Shown in pieces: positions 17,430 to 28,234 of a stretch of DNA of 64,000 nt. Position numbers and translations under genes: made by a program. The stretch covers positions 45,841-109,840 of IMG/VR virus record IMGVR_UViG_3300033121_000786; one strand, written 5' to 3'. Within the stretch, counting starts at the first letter, position 1. Each line of letters starts with the position of its first letter. This stretch comes from a virus. Lineage: Duplodnaviria > Caudoviricetes. The notes beneath the pieces are model-generated. The model ran no database searches. It saw only the letters and a program-made list of their open reading frames with translations, and had not been told where the DNA came from.

Positions 17430-17853
17430 AAGATTTATTAAATATTATATGGATATTGCTAGAAGAACCGCTCAAATGTCTTATGCAAAAAGACTAAAGG
17501 TTGGAGCAATATTAGTAAAGAATGATATGATAATATCGCATTCATGGAATGGAACTCCACGAGGGTGGGATAATAATTGTGAAGATATAATATATGAAAA
17601 TAGGATTGAAATTTTAAAAACAAAATCCTGTGTAACTCATGCAGAAGAAGCAATGCTGATGAAAGTTGCTTCTTCTGACATTAGTTCGTATAATGGAGTT
17701 GTATTTTGTACTCATGCATGTTGTATGAATTGTGCAAAATTATTATATGGAGCAAAGATAACTTCTTTTTATTATGAAAATGAATATAAGTCTAATGAAG
17801 GAATTAAATTCTTAAACGATTGTGGAATTAATGTTTACAAAATTGGAGAATAA
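17422..17853 (+). CDS. cd: dCMP deaminase
   Basis: S.AKRLKVGA, NGTP.GW.N.C, HAE, CCMNC. Confidence 0.9.
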   Translation: MNERFIKYYMDIARRTAQMSYAKRLKVGAILVKNDMIISHSWNGTPRGWDNNCEDIIYENRIEILKTKSCVTHAEEAMLMKVASSDISSYNGVVFCTHACCMNCAKLLYGAKITSFYYENEYKSNEGIKFLNDCGINVYKIGE

Positions 17854-17854
17854 A

Positions 17855-18247
17855 ATGACAACAGAAAATGAAATTGGTTTTTCTCGATTAAATTTAAAAC
17901 CGGGGGATGATCTTATTATTAAAGTAAATACATCTGGATTATCAGAAGAAGATTCGGTAAAAAAATTAAAAGAAATCTCAGATGATGATTTTTTGAAATA
18001 TGTCACTGAAAGAGGACATAGAGTGTTTATAACTTATACTGGAGTTGATCTTGAAATATTAAGAGTTGAACCAGAAGATAAAGTTTTAGTTTATGTTAAA
18101 GAAGAAGGAATGTCTGATTCACAAAAAGAAGAATATCATAATTTGATTAAAGAAAAATTAGATGTTTTTGGTGATCAATTACTTTTAATTCCTGTTAGTA
18201 AACATTTACATGATATCAGAGTACAAAAAGGAAAAAAAGATGAATAA
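17855..18247 (+). CDS. Hypothetical protein (two similar internal halves)
   Basis: LKPGDDLIIKV..GLS and VEPEDKVLVYV..GMS repeats. Confidence 0.6.
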   Translation: MTTENEIGFSRLNLKPGDDLIIKVNTSGLSEEDSVKKLKEISDDDFLKYVTERGHRVFITYTGVDLEILRVEPEDKVLVYVKEEGMSDSQKEEYHNLIKEKLDVFGDQLLLIPVSKHLHDIRVQKGKKDE

Positions 18248-18548
18248 TATTAGATGTATTAAATTAATTACCGGAGAAGAAGTTATTGCTGATATTTCAT
18301 TTAATGAAACTGATAAAACATATTCAGTAAGAAATCCTCTTCAGATTATCATTGTTCCGGGTAGATCATCAAATGATACTCAATTTGGAGTTATTCCTTT
18401 TCCTTTAATGATTAAAGATAAGAATGAACCTCTTAAAATTTCATTAGATCATATTATTTATGAATATGAACCAGCAGATGATTTTGTATCTCATTATTAT
18501 ACCTCAACTAGCGGAATCGTAACACCAAAAACTTCTTTGTTAATGTAA
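18240..18548 (+). CDS. Conserved small T4-like protein (probable Sm-like barrel)
   Basis: IKLITGEEVIA...NPL...Y...SGIVTP; usual neighbour of gp43. Confidence 0.65.
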   Translation: MNNIRCIKLITGEEVIADISFNETDKTYSVRNPLQIIIVPGRSSNDTQFGVIPFPLMIKDKNEPLKISLDHIIYEYEPADDFVSHYYTSTSGIVTPKTSLLM

Positions 18549-18554
18549 TAAATT

Positions 18555-21098
18555 ATGTATACAAATGTGAAACAATATGGTAATAATATATTATTTCGAG
18601 GAATTCATAATGGAGTTCCCATACAAAAGAAAATAAAATACAAACCTTCTTTATTTGTTCCAACAAACGAAGATTCAAAGTATAAAACATTATATGGAGA
18701 ATCTTTAAAAAAACTAAATTTTAATGATATCAATTCTGCAAAAGAATTTTTAAGAAAACATGAAAAAATTGAAAATTTTAAGATTTATGGTAATACTAAG
18801 TTTGAATATTGTTTAATATCTGATTTATATAAAGAAGTTAAGTGGGATTTAAATAATATTAGAATCGCAATTTTTGATATTGAAGTTAATTCAAATCCCG
18901 AAACAGGAGGATTTGCTTCTACAGATAATCCCTTTCAACCGATAATTTCTATTGCATTAAAATTTATAAACGAGGATAAATTTTATTTATTTGGATATGA
19001 TGATTTTGATGCACCTGAAGACACAATTTATATTAAATGTAAAGATGAATGGACTTTATTAAAAAAGTTTATTCAAATATGGTCTATTAAATATCCTGAT
19101 ATTGTATCTGGATGGTTAACTGATAATTTTGATATTATTTATTTGATTAATAGATGTAATAAAATCATTGGAGAATCAGAAACGAAAAAACTTTCTCCTT
19201 GGGGAATTATACAAGATAAGAAAACTAAAAGATTTAATCCAAAATTTAAAAGATATGAAGAAGATATTTCATATTCTATTTTAGGGATTGCATCTTTGGA
19301 TTATATTGATCTATATAAAAAATATCAACCAGGAGGAAACTCTAAAGAATCTTATAGATTAGATTTTATTGCTGAAACAGAAATTGGTGAAAATAAAACC
19401 GAATACGAAGGAAGTCTTCATAATCTTTATGTTACGGATAAACAAAAATTTTATGAATATAATTTACAAGATGTTCGTCTTGTTGAAAATTTAGATAAAC
19501 ATTGTAAATTATTTGAATTAGCACTTACTTTAGCATATTATACAAAAACTAATTATGAAGATATTTATCATCAAACTCGGTTAGGTGATGCATTATGTTT
19601 TAATTCTTTGCGCGAACAAAATATTCAAATTCCATGTATTAATAAAAATGAATTTGTTGATTATAAAGGAGCATATGTTAAACCGCCAATAACAGGATTA
19701 TATAAGTGGATTGCTACTATTGACGCTGCAAGTTTGTATCCATCAGCAATGCGAACATGGAATATTTCGCCTGAAACTTTAATAGAACCAATAGATTATA
19801 CAGAAAATATGCAAACAATTTTAAAAAATGACGTATCTGTAGAATCTATTTTGGCAGAATCTATTGATTTATCCTCATTAAAAGAGGATAACGTTTGTCT
19901 CACTCCTAATGGACAATTCTTTAGAACGGATAAAAAAGGATTTATTCCAACAATCGTAGCAAAATTATTTGATGAAAGAAAGTTATACAAGAAAAAAATG
20001 CTTTCTTATCAATCACAATATGAAAAAGAACTCGATGTAACAAAAAAAGAAGAGTTAAATAAATTAGTAGTAAAATATAATGCTTTTCAAGTTGCACTTA
20101 AACTTGTTGCTAATTCTCTTTACGGCTCAATTGGGAACCAATACTTTAGATGGTATGATGTTAGATTAGCAGAAGCAATTACATTATCTGGACAATTAAC
20201 AAATAGATGGATTATAAAATATATTAATGAATATTTAAATGTTTTATTAAATTTAGATAAAGATTATGTTTTAGCAGCTGATACTGATTCTTTGATCATA
20301 ACATTACAAGATATTATTGAAAAATTTATTCCAAAAGATATTCCTAATGAAAAAATTATTAAATTAGTAAATAAAATCGTTGATAAAAAGATTCAACCTG
20401 AAGTAGATAATGTTTGTAATAAATTATTAACATACTGTAATGTTGCTGATCATTCAATTTCTTATAAATTAGAAAAAATTTGTTCTTCTGGTGTATTTGT
20501 TGCAAAAAAACGGTACGCATTAAATGTATATTCTAATGAAGGAGTTGTTTATGCAGAACCAAAAATTAAAGTAACTGGATTAGAAATTGTTAAATCTTCA
20601 ACTCCAGCAAAAGTTAAAACTGCATTAAAAACTTGTGTTAGTATTATTTTGAATAAAACTCAAGATGAATTGCAAGAATTTGTTAGAAATTTTAAAAAAG
20701 AATTTTTAACATTTCAACCAGAAGAAATTGCTTTTCCAAGAGGTGTTAATGGATTAAATAAATATTTTGACGATACCACATTGTATTCTAAAGGAACACC
20801 AGTGCATGTAAGAGCATCTTTATTATTTAATAAATTATTACAAGATAAATCATTAGATACTGTTTATGAATCTATTAAAGAAGGGGATAAAATTAAATAT
20901 TGTTATCTTAAAGTTCCGAATCCACTAAAAGAGAATGTAATTTCTTTTTCTAATAAATTACCAAAAGAATTTGCATTACATCCATTTATAGATTATAATA
21001 CAATGTTAGAAAAATCATTTCTTGAACCATTACAAGCAATCACAACTAAAATTGGGTGGGAACTTGAGAAACGAAATACAATAGATAGTTTTTTTTGA
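18555..21098 (+). CDS. 43: Family B DNA polymerase gp43
   Basis: ExoI FDIEV, ExoIII YNLQDV, motif A DAASLYPS, B KLVANSLYG, C DTDS, KKRYAL. Confidence 0.98.
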   Translation: MYTNVKQYGNNILFRGIHNGVPIQKKIKYKPSLFVPTNEDSKYKTLYGESLKKLNFNDINSAKEFLRKHEKIENFKIYGNTKFEYCLISDLYKEVKWDLNNIRIAIFDIEVNSNPETGGFASTDNPFQPIISIALKFINEDKFYLFGYDDFDAPEDTIYIKCKDEWTLLKKFIQIWSIKYPDIVSGWLTDNFDIIYLINRCNKIIGESETKKLSPWGIIQDKKTKRFNPKFKRYEEDISYSILGIASLDYIDLYKKYQPGGNSKESYRLDFIAETEIGENKTEYEGSLHNLYVTDKQKFYEYNLQDVRLVENLDKHCKLFELALTLAYYTKTNYEDIYHQTRLGDALCFNSLREQNIQIPCINKNEFVDYKGAYVKPPITGLYKWIATIDAASLYPSAMRTWNISPETLIEPIDYTENMQTILKNDVSVESILAESIDLSSLKEDNVCLTPNGQFFRTDKKGFIPTIVAKLFDERKLYKKKMLSYQSQYEKELDVTKKEELNKLVVKYNAFQVALKLVANSLYGSIGNQYFRWYDVRLAEAITLSGQLTNRWIIKYINEYLNVLLNLDKDYVLAADTDSLIITLQDIIEKFIPKDIPNEKIIKLVNKIVDKKIQPEVDNVCNKLLTYCNVADHSISYKLEKICSSGVFVAKKRYALNVYSNEGVVYAEPKIKVTGLEIVKSSTPAKVKTALKTCVSIILNKTQDELQEFVRNFKKEFLTFQPEEIAFPRGVNGLNKYFDDTTLYSKGTPVHVRASLLFNKLLQDKSLDTVYESIKEGDKIKYCYLKVPNPLKENVISFSNKLPKEFALHPFIDYNTMLEKSFLEPLQAITTKIGWELEKRNTIDSFF

Positions 21099-21123
21099 AA
21101 CCTATATTTGAGGTAATAATATA

Positions 21124-22200
21124 ATGAGTTTATTAGATAAGATTAAAAAAAATTGTACGATTAAGGATTCTGCTTTATTAGAAAAATCTAAAGTATTTAA
21201 TAATCGAGATATAATTCCAACATCAATTCCGGTATTAAACATTGCCTTCTCTGGTCGTATTGATGGAGGATTTTCGTCTGGAATTACTACATGGGCTGGA
21301 GTAAGTAAAATGTTTAAAACTGGATTTTCCTTATTAATGGCAAAATCCTATATGGATAAATATCCAGATTCATATTTAATATTTTATGATTCAGAATTTG
21401 GTTCTCCAATTAATTATTTTAATAATTTTAGTTTAGACCTAAATAGAATTTTTCATATTCCATTAACTGATATTGAACAATTAAAATTTGATTTAATGCA
21501 ACAACTTGATGGATTTGAACGAGATGATAAAGTAATAATTATTATTGATTCTATTGGGAATTTAGCATCTCGAAAAGAAATTGATGATGCAATGGATGGG
21601 AAATCCGTTGCTGATATGTCAAGAGCAAAACAAATAAAAAGTTTATTTAGAATGATAACTCCACATTTAGTTATTAAAGATATTCCATTGATTGTAATAA
21701 ATCATGTTTATAAAGAAATTGGATTATATCCAAAGGATATAATTGGTGGAGGAACTGGTAGTGTTTATTCTTCAGATAATATATATATTCTTGGTAGGCA
21801 ACAAGAAAAAGACGAAAAAGAATTAAGTGGTTATAATTTTATCATTAATGTAGAAAAATCAAGGTTTGTAAAAGAAAAGTCCAAGATTCCTATTTCAATT
21901 AGTTTTGAACATGGTGCATTAAAATATTCAGGATTATTAGATATTGCTTTAGAATTAGGATGGGTTATTAAACCGGTTCAGGGTTGGTATTCTAAAGTTA
22001 ATAAAACTACTGGTGAGATTGAAGATAAAAAATATAGAGCAAAGGATACTAATACTAAAGAGTTTTGGGATTCTATTTTAAATTCAGAGGAATTTAAAAA
22101 TGATATATATAACAGATATTCTATTTCTTCTCATGCTATTATTAGTGACGAAGAAATTGAAAAAGAATTTTCAACGGAAAGTGAGAACGCAAATGATTAA
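21124..22200 (+). CDS. uvsX: RecA-like recombinase UvsX
   Basis: GVSKMFKT, YDSEFG, IDSIGNLAS, DMSRAK..KSLFR. Confidence 0.97.
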   Translation: MSLLDKIKKNCTIKDSALLEKSKVFNNRDIIPTSIPVLNIAFSGRIDGGFSSGITTWAGVSKMFKTGFSLLMAKSYMDKYPDSYLIFYDSEFGSPINYFNNFSLDLNRIFHIPLTDIEQLKFDLMQQLDGFERDDKVIIIIDSIGNLASRKEIDDAMDGKSVADMSRAKQIKSLFRMITPHLVIKDIPLIVINHVYKEIGLYPKDIIGGGTGSVYSSDNIYILGRQQEKDEKELSGYNFIINVEKSRFVKEKSKIPISISFEHGALKYSGLLDIALELGWVIKPVQGWYSKVNKTTGEIEDKKYRAKDTNTKEFWDSILNSEEFKNDIYNRYSISSHAIISDEEIEKEFSTESENAND

Positions 22201-22534
22201 ATTACAAGAAAATATAGATTATAGAGTAATTGTTCCTGTTGAAACAGGAACTTTAGCAAACATTGAAATTTTAAATGATCAATTTAAAGATGTTATTTTT
22301 AGATATGGTAAAATTTCAGCAAATGAAGAAGAAGATGGAACAGCAACATTATCATTTGAATATGATATTATTGATGCTGCTGGAATGAAAAATCTTGAGG
22401 AAAATGAAGACTTTAAGAATTTTTTAGGAGATTTGATTTCAAGTATTTTACTAGATCAGATAGAAAAATCTGAACAATTTACTTCTAAACAAATTTTGGA
22501 TGATGTTGATGAAAGTGACATTATAGAGGAATAA
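22193..22534 (+). CDS. 40: gp40-like head vertex assembly chaperone
   Basis: Lies between uvsX and gp41; YGKI...LSFEYD...GD.I..IL pattern. Confidence 0.7.
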   Translation: MIKLQENIDYRVIVPVETGTLANIEILNDQFKDVIFRYGKISANEEEDGTATLSFEYDIIDAAGMKNLEENEDFKNFLGDLISSILLDQIEKSEQFTSKQILDDVDESDIIEE

Positions 22535-22542
22535 AATATTCT

Positions 22543-23916
22543 ATGAGAATAGAAACTTCAATATTAAAATCATTAATTTATGATGAACAGTATACAAGAA
22601 AAGTATTACCATTCTTAAAAGATGAATATTTTACAGATTTAAATGAAAAAATTCTTTTTAAAACAATTAAAGAATTCATTTCAAAGTATAATACAAACCC
22701 AACATACGAAACTTTATGTATAACATTAAATGCAAGTAATCTTCATGAAAACGAATATAAAACTGTATTTGAGATATTAAATCAAATTCATGAAACTAAA
22801 GATGATTTATGTAGATTAGAGTGGTTAATTGATGAATCAGAAAAGTTTTGTAAAAATAAAGCAATTTATAATGGTCTTGTAGAAGCAATTTCTATTGCTG
22901 ATGGCAAAGATAAAAATAAAGATACTGGAGCGATTCCTAAAATTTTGTCTGATGCATTAGCTGTAGGATTTAATTTGAATTGTGGACATGATTTTATTAA
23001 TGATTTTGAAGACCGATATAATTTTTATCATAGAAAAGAAGAACGAATACCTTGTGATTTAGAATACTTAAATAAAGTTACAAATGGAGGATTTCCAAAA
23101 AAGACTCTTAATGTCTTTTTATCGCCTCCACACGGAGGTAAATCTTTAATCATGTGTCATTTATCTTCTTCATATTTAAGTCAAGGAAAGAATGTTTTAT
23201 ATATAACATTAGAAATGTCAGAAGAAGAAATTGCAAAACGTATAGATGCAAATATCTTAAATTTGTCAATAGATGATTTATTAAAAATTGGATTTTCTAC
23301 TTATGAATCAAAAATAAGAAATTTAAAGGAAAGGGTTAATTTAGGTAAATTAATTATAAAAGAATATCCAACAGGAGTAGGATCAACAAATCATTTTAGA
23401 TCATTATTAAATGAATTAAATTTAAAGTTAAATTTTATTCCTGATATTATTATTATTGATTATCTTAATATTTGTGCATCAAGTAGAATTAAATCTAGTG
23501 GGTCTGTTAATAGTTATACTTTAATTAAAAGTATCTCAGAAGAGATTAGAGGAATTGCACAAGAATATAATTTACCAATACTTACAGCAACACAAACTGT
23601 TAGATCAGGGACAAATTCTAGTGATTTAGATATGACTTCAGTAAGCGAAAGTTTTGCATTAAATGCTACTTGTGATAGTATGTTTGGAGTGATAAATACA
23701 GAAGAACTAAGAAATTTAAATCAAATATTGATAAAACAAATTAAAAATAGGTATAGAGATTTAAATAAAGATAATAAATTTATTATTGGTGTAAATACAG
23801 CAAAAATGCAATTATATGATGTTGAATACTCTGCACAAGAGGATATTGTAAATTCAGGACAAGAACCAACAAAAGACGTTCCTACAAAAAGAAATTTTGG
23901 AGATTTTAAAATTTAA
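22543..23916 (+). CDS. 41: Replicative helicase gp41
   Basis: Walker A PHGGKS, YITLEM, IKEYPT, IDYLNI, TATQT.R, SESF, K.R..D. Confidence 0.96.
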   Translation: MRIETSILKSLIYDEQYTRKVLPFLKDEYFTDLNEKILFKTIKEFISKYNTNPTYETLCITLNASNLHENEYKTVFEILNQIHETKDDLCRLEWLIDESEKFCKNKAIYNGLVEAISIADGKDKNKDTGAIPKILSDALAVGFNLNCGHDFINDFEDRYNFYHRKEERIPCDLEYLNKVTNGGFPKKTLNVFLSPPHGGKSLIMCHLSSSYLSQGKNVLYITLEMSEEEIAKRIDANILNLSIDDLLKIGFSTYESKIRNLKERVNLGKLIIKEYPTGVGSTNHFRSLLNELNLKLNFIPDIIIIDYLNICASSRIKSSGSVNSYTLIKSISEEIRGIAQEYNLPILTATQTVRSGTNSSDLDMTSVSESFALNATCDSMFGVINTEELRNLNQILIKQIKNRYRDLNKDNKFIIGVNTAKMQLYDVEYSAQEDIVNSGQEPTKDVPTKRNFGDFKI

Positions 23917-23917
23917 A

Positions 23918-23946
23918 TTGACATAACTAGAAATTTAGTGTATGAT
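23918..23946 (+). promoter_or_regulatory. sigma70-like promoter
   Basis: TTGACA-N17-TATGAT. Confidence 0.75.
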
Positions 23947-23952
23947 TATATC

Positions 23953-24384
23953 ATGAAGCCTAAAGAGTCAATTTTTGAAACCTTGCGAATGATTGCACGA
24001 GATACAAGTGCAAAACAACGAATTTCTGTATCCGCTGCAATTGTAAAAAATAATAAAATTATTTCTATTGGTATAAATGACTTTAATAAAACTGATGCAT
24101 TTCAAAACAAATTTAGTAGAAATCCTGAAATTGTGTTTCCCCATGCAGAAGTATCAGCAATAAAAAATGCTTTCAAGTGTATTGATTTGTACACAATGCG
24201 AAAATGTGTTATTTATGTATGTAGAATGAAATTTGATTCTACACATAAAATAAAATTGATACAAGGTGTTGCTAAACCATGTGATGCTTGTATGAAAGCA
24301 ATTAAAACCTTTGAATTGAAAGGGGTTATATATACTCTTGACGAATCTGATAATAGAAAATATGAAGTTATATCATTTGTATGA
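23953..24384 (+). CDS. Second Zn-dependent deaminase (CDA/TadA-like fold)
   Basis: AAIV....IISIG.N, HAE, KPCDAC. Confidence 0.8.
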   Translation: MKPKESIFETLRMIARDTSAKQRISVSAAIVKNNKIISIGINDFNKTDAFQNKFSRNPEIVFPHAEVSAIKNAFKCIDLYTMRKCVIYVCRMKFDSTHKIKLIQGVAKPCDACMKAIKTFELKGVIYTLDESDNRKYEVISFV

Positions 24385-24577
24385 TTATATAAATAATAGA
24401 GTATATCATTAAATGAAAAGATAAAATGCATGAATCAGAAATTCTTTTAGTTGGTTAACAACAAATATTGATGGATCAGTAAATGAAATTATTTTAGCCT
24501 ATACTCCATTAACAAATTCACAAAGTACAGTGGGAACAATGCAAGTTTTAACGTATTAAAAAGAGTAAATTTATATT

Positions 24578-24979
24578 ATGACTAACATTGAAATTAAAGG
24601 TAATATTAAAAAATTTGAACTTAAAGTTGATAATGCAAATACAACAACAATAAAATTAACTGGTGATTTTAATAAAATTTATGATGGGTATCATACGACG
24701 GATGAGATTTATGCTCATAGAATTTTATTATTTATTACATTAATGAAAACTTATCCGGGTATTTCTTGGAAATCCCGGAATCATGAGGATGGAACATCAT
24801 ATGATGGTTGGTTCATTGCTGGAATGAATCTTTCTTCTGGTGATATTTCTTATCATATTCCAGAACAATATTGGAATATGCTTGATAAAATTCCCACTTT
24901 AGAAAAAGCAAAACCTTGGGATGGTTATACATCTGAAGATGTAATTAAACGGTTACATAATTGGTGTTTTGTACTATGA
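24578..24979 (+). CDS. Conserved phage protein (DGYH/WDG[YH] motif family)
   Basis: DGYHT..E.Y.HR, WKS..H.DG, ISYH, WDGYT. Confidence 0.7.
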   Translation: MTNIEIKGNIKKFELKVDNANTTTIKLTGDFNKIYDGYHTTDEIYAHRILLFITLMKTYPGISWKSRNHEDGTSYDGWFIAGMNLSSGDISYHIPEQYWNMLDKIPTLEKAKPWDGYTSEDVIKRLHNWCFVL

Positions 24980-25704
24980 ATAAGAGTGTAGGAATTATAA
25001 TACCAACTACAGGATCAAGTGTTGTAAAAGATGCAATTGATTCTGTACTAAATCAAACTTATGAAAATATTTTAATATATTTAGTAGTTGATGGTCATGA
25101 ATATAAATCTCGTACTAATGCCATTATTAATCAATATCTAGATCAATATATATTAGAAAATCCAAAACTTCGTGTGTATTACCTTCATGATAATACTGGA
25201 AAGGATGGACGAAATGGGCATAATATATATTCTGCATTCTCTTTTCTTGCCGCAACTGATTATATTGCATATTTAGATCAGGATAATTTTATTGATGAAA
25301 CACATATTGAATGTTGTGTGAATACAATTGAAAAAAACAATCTTGATTGGACTTATTCATTAAGAAAAATTGTATCTGAAAATAAAGAATATATATGTAA
25401 TGATGACTGTGAAAGTTTAGGAATATATCGTCCTGTTATGGATTATAATTTAGTAGATACCAGTTGTTATTGTTTAAAAAGAGATATTGCTATATTATGT
25501 TCTCCTTATTTTATTGGTGGATTTGGACATGATAGAAGATATCTTCAAGTATTATTAAATAATTTTAAAAATACTGATTGTACTGGTAAATATACGGTTA
25601 ATTATAGATTAGGTGGAGATAATACATTAACTGGAGATTTTTTTAAACATTGGAATAAAAAAGTAGAAGAACAATTTAATGGGAATTTTCCGTGGAGAAA
25701 ATAA
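24976..25704 (+). CDS. GT2-family glycosyltransferase
   Basis: IIIPT, SVLNQTY, VVDG, YLDQDN. Confidence 0.9.
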   Translation: MNKSVGIIIPTTGSSVVKDAIDSVLNQTYENILIYLVVDGHEYKSRTNAIINQYLDQYILENPKLRVYYLHDNTGKDGRNGHNIYSAFSFLAATDYIAYLDQDNFIDETHIECCVNTIEKNNLDWTYSLRKIVSENKEYICNDDCESLGIYRPVMDYNLVDTSCYCLKRDIAILCSPYFIGGFGHDRRYLQVLLNNFKNTDCTGKYTVNYRLGGDNTLTGDFFKHWNKKVEEQFNGNFPWRK

Positions 25705-26462
25705 TGAAAATACAATGTTTTATATTTAATTGGAAAGGACAATACGAAAATACTTTAAAATTAGAAAAGGAATTAAAAAATTATGTTGATGTTGTTGTTG
25801 TTAATTCGGATGATGAGCATAAATTTGAACATTGGAAAAATATAGGTAATGAATATTATTTTTCTGCTCAATTTAGAATTGCTTTAAATTTATTTGATCC
25901 AGAAAAATATGATTGTTTTTGGCATATTCAATCTGATGCATCAAGTGATCAATTTAAACAAATTATAGATTCCGCAAAGAAATCTTTTGAAAAATATCAA
26001 TGGGGGGTTTATGCTCCAAATGTGGATGATACTTTTTATATTCCATCAAGAACTGATATTATTGACATAGAAAATGGACTAAAACTTGTTGCTACAACAG
26101 ATAATACTTGTTGGTTTATTCATAAAGATTTTATTCAAGAAATGATTGAAAATCTTAATTTGATGAGTACCAATGAATTAGGTTGGGGATGGGATTTATT
26201 AATTTGTGCATTTTCTCATATTAAACAAAGAAAAGTTATTAGAGATTATAATTTTACAATACATCATCCTCCTTCAACTGGATATAAAAAAGATCAAGCT
26301 GAAGAAGAAATGCAAGAAATGTATAGTAAATGTCCAGATAATTTAAAACAAATAATTTATTGTATAAAAGTTAAACCTATTGAATTAGCAAAATTGTATG
26401 GATTTACATCATCTATTGTAAATAATGATGAAATTATAATCTACGATACTACTGCACGATAA
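25704..26462 (+). CDS. Putative GT-A-fold glycosyltransferase
   Basis: GVYAP, GWGWD and HHP motifs; located in the glycan island. Confidence 0.55.
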   Translation: MKIQCFIFNWKGQYENTLKLEKELKNYVDVVVVNSDDEHKFEHWKNIGNEYYFSAQFRIALNLFDPEKYDCFWHIQSDASSDQFKQIIDSAKKSFEKYQWGVYAPNVDDTFYIPSRTDIIDIENGLKLVATTDNTCWFIHKDFIQEMIENLNLMSTNELGWGWDLLICAFSHIKQRKVIRDYNFTIHHPPSTGYKKDQAEEEMQEMYSKCPDNLKQIIYCIKVKPIELAKLYGFTSSIVNNDEIIIYDTTAR

Positions 26463-26467
26463 TTGTA

Positions 26468-27325
26468 ATGCGTGAAGTTAATATTTGTTATTTAGATTTT
26501 TGGCCAGGATTTGATGTAAATTGTAATTGGTTTAATTTAGTATTTAAAGACTGTTTTCCAAAATATAATTTTATTTTTGATTCTTCACCAGAAGATGCTG
26601 ATATTATCATGTCGTCTTCATTTGGACAAAAACGTTTAGAATATAAAGATAGTAAAGCAATTAAGATATTTTATACCGGTGAAAATGAACCACCAGAATT
26701 TTTATTTGCGGATTATACCCTATCATTTGATTTTAATTCTCATAATGGAAAAAATTTTAGGCTTCCTCATTGGATGTTATATATAAATTGGTGGAATGAA
26801 CCTAATTTTCCTCATGCTAGAATTTTACCGGAACAATTGACTAAACAATGGGATGTTAAAGAAGTTTGGAACAGACCTGAATTTTGTGCAATTATAATAG
26901 GTAATCCAGTTTTTAATAGATTAGATATAGCACAAAAACTTAATTATATAGGTTCAGTTCATGGATATGGTAAAGTTTTTGGAAAGTATTATGATGGAGA
27001 TAAATTAAAATTATTAGAAAATTATCGTTGGAACATTTGTTTCGAAAATTCTATTACTGATGGATATATTACAGAAAAATTATTAGAAGCAAAAATCGCT
27101 GGTTGTGTTCCTATATATTATGGGTCTGCATCAGTAAAACAAGATTTTAACGAGAAATGTTGTATAAATTATAATAATTTTAAAAATACTGAAGATTTAG
27201 TTGAAATAATAAAGAAATGTGAAAATAAACTTGATTTCATTGAAATAGCAAAAGAACCATTATTTAATGTAATTCCAACATTAGATAATTTATATAATTT
27301 TTTAAGAGAAAGAATTAAATTATGA
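26468..27325 (+). CDS. GT10 alpha-1,3/4-fucosyltransferase-like
   Basis: GT10 signature YRWNICFENS...GYITEKL......GCVPIYYG; FYTGEN. Confidence 0.9.
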   Translation: MREVNICYLDFWPGFDVNCNWFNLVFKDCFPKYNFIFDSSPEDADIIMSSSFGQKRLEYKDSKAIKIFYTGENEPPEFLFADYTLSFDFNSHNGKNFRLPHWMLYINWWNEPNFPHARILPEQLTKQWDVKEVWNRPEFCAIIIGNPVFNRLDIAQKLNYIGSVHGYGKVFGKYYDGDKLKLLENYRWNICFENSITDGYITEKLLEAKIAGCVPIYYGSASVKQDFNEKCCINYNNFKNTEDLVEIIKKCENKLDFIEIAKEPLFNVIPTLDNLYNFLRERIKL

Positions 27326-28230
27326 TTAAAACATTCGGTGAAGTTAATAGATTATTAACAGATAAAATTTCTACAAACGAATCATTTTGTTTAATGCGAA
27401 TTGATAATACTGCTGGATATGTTATGGATTGTGTGTATAATGGAACGGTTCCAGTTAATGAATTTTATAATGAATATACTTTGGTTGAAGGAGGAGTTTA
27501 TCCACATGATTTAAATTATGGATTAACTGTAGTTCAACCAAAAACAATGGAAATTATGTTTGATGCTGATATATTAGGATTTGTTGATATATCAGATGTA
27601 TTAAGAACTAATTCTGTTTTTGCCAAACAATATTTCAATAGACCGGTATTTTTTAAAAATACCTGTGAAGTATTAGACCCAGTTGCATTATTAAAACATT
27701 ATAGAATTAGTGGAGAATTACCTTGGACTTCAGTATTAAAAGATAAAAAAGTTTTAGTAATATCATCGCATTCAGAAACCATTAAATATCAATGGGATAA
27801 GATAGATAAGATATGGGGAGAAGATAAAGATTTAATCGTTCCTTTTGAATTAGTAGATGCGATAAGAACTCCATATAGTCCAGTTTGGGATGATAGACAA
27901 TATGATGATTGTAAAAATTGGGAAGAATTGATTGAAATAACTAAACAAATAATTGATCAATATGATTATGATGTATTATTATCTGGTGTTACAACACAAT
28001 CTCCATTTTATGTGTCTCATGCAAAACATCAAAGTAAGATAGGAATTCAAACTGGTGGAACCATTCAATTATTTTTCGGTATAAAAGGATCAAGATGGTT
28101 ATATAATTCTTATTATGATGAATGGATTAATAGGGCAAAAAATCCATATTGGATTTTTCCATTAGATGTAGATAAACCAAAATTTCAAAAAGAGTATAGT
28201 CATTTAGAATCTTCATTTGCATATTGGTAA
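27322..28230 (+). CDS. Conserved glycan-cluster protein (possibly GT-D-like)
   Basis: PWT..L..KKVLVIS and GG..QL.FGI.G.RW motifs seen in polysaccharide loci. Confidence 0.55.
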   Translation: MIKTFGEVNRLLTDKISTNESFCLMRIDNTAGYVMDCVYNGTVPVNEFYNEYTLVEGGVYPHDLNYGLTVVQPKTMEIMFDADILGFVDISDVLRTNSVFAKQYFNRPVFFKNTCEVLDPVALLKHYRISGELPWTSVLKDKKVLVISSHSETIKYQWDKIDKIWGEDKDLIVPFELVDAIRTPYSPVWDDRQYDDCKNWEELIEITKQIIDQYDYDVLLSGVTTQSPFYVSHAKHQSKIGIQTGGTIQLFFGIKGSRWLYNSYYDEWINRAKNPYWIFPLDVDKPKFQKEYSHLESSFAYW

Positions 28231-28234
28231 TATT

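Noticed and set aside
24388-24560. TATAAATA followed by ~170 bp with a start-less reading frame
   Set aside because: Could be a gene remnant or a leader for 24578, but there is no start codon or convincing structure, and the octamer arises by chance in such AT-rich DNA.
3284-28234. Upstream TTG/GTG starts in the ORF track (3284, 3733, 4918, 13210, 16065, 23938, 24961, 28217)
   Set aside because: They overlap promoters or upstream genes; downstream ATGs match SD positions and family N-termini better.
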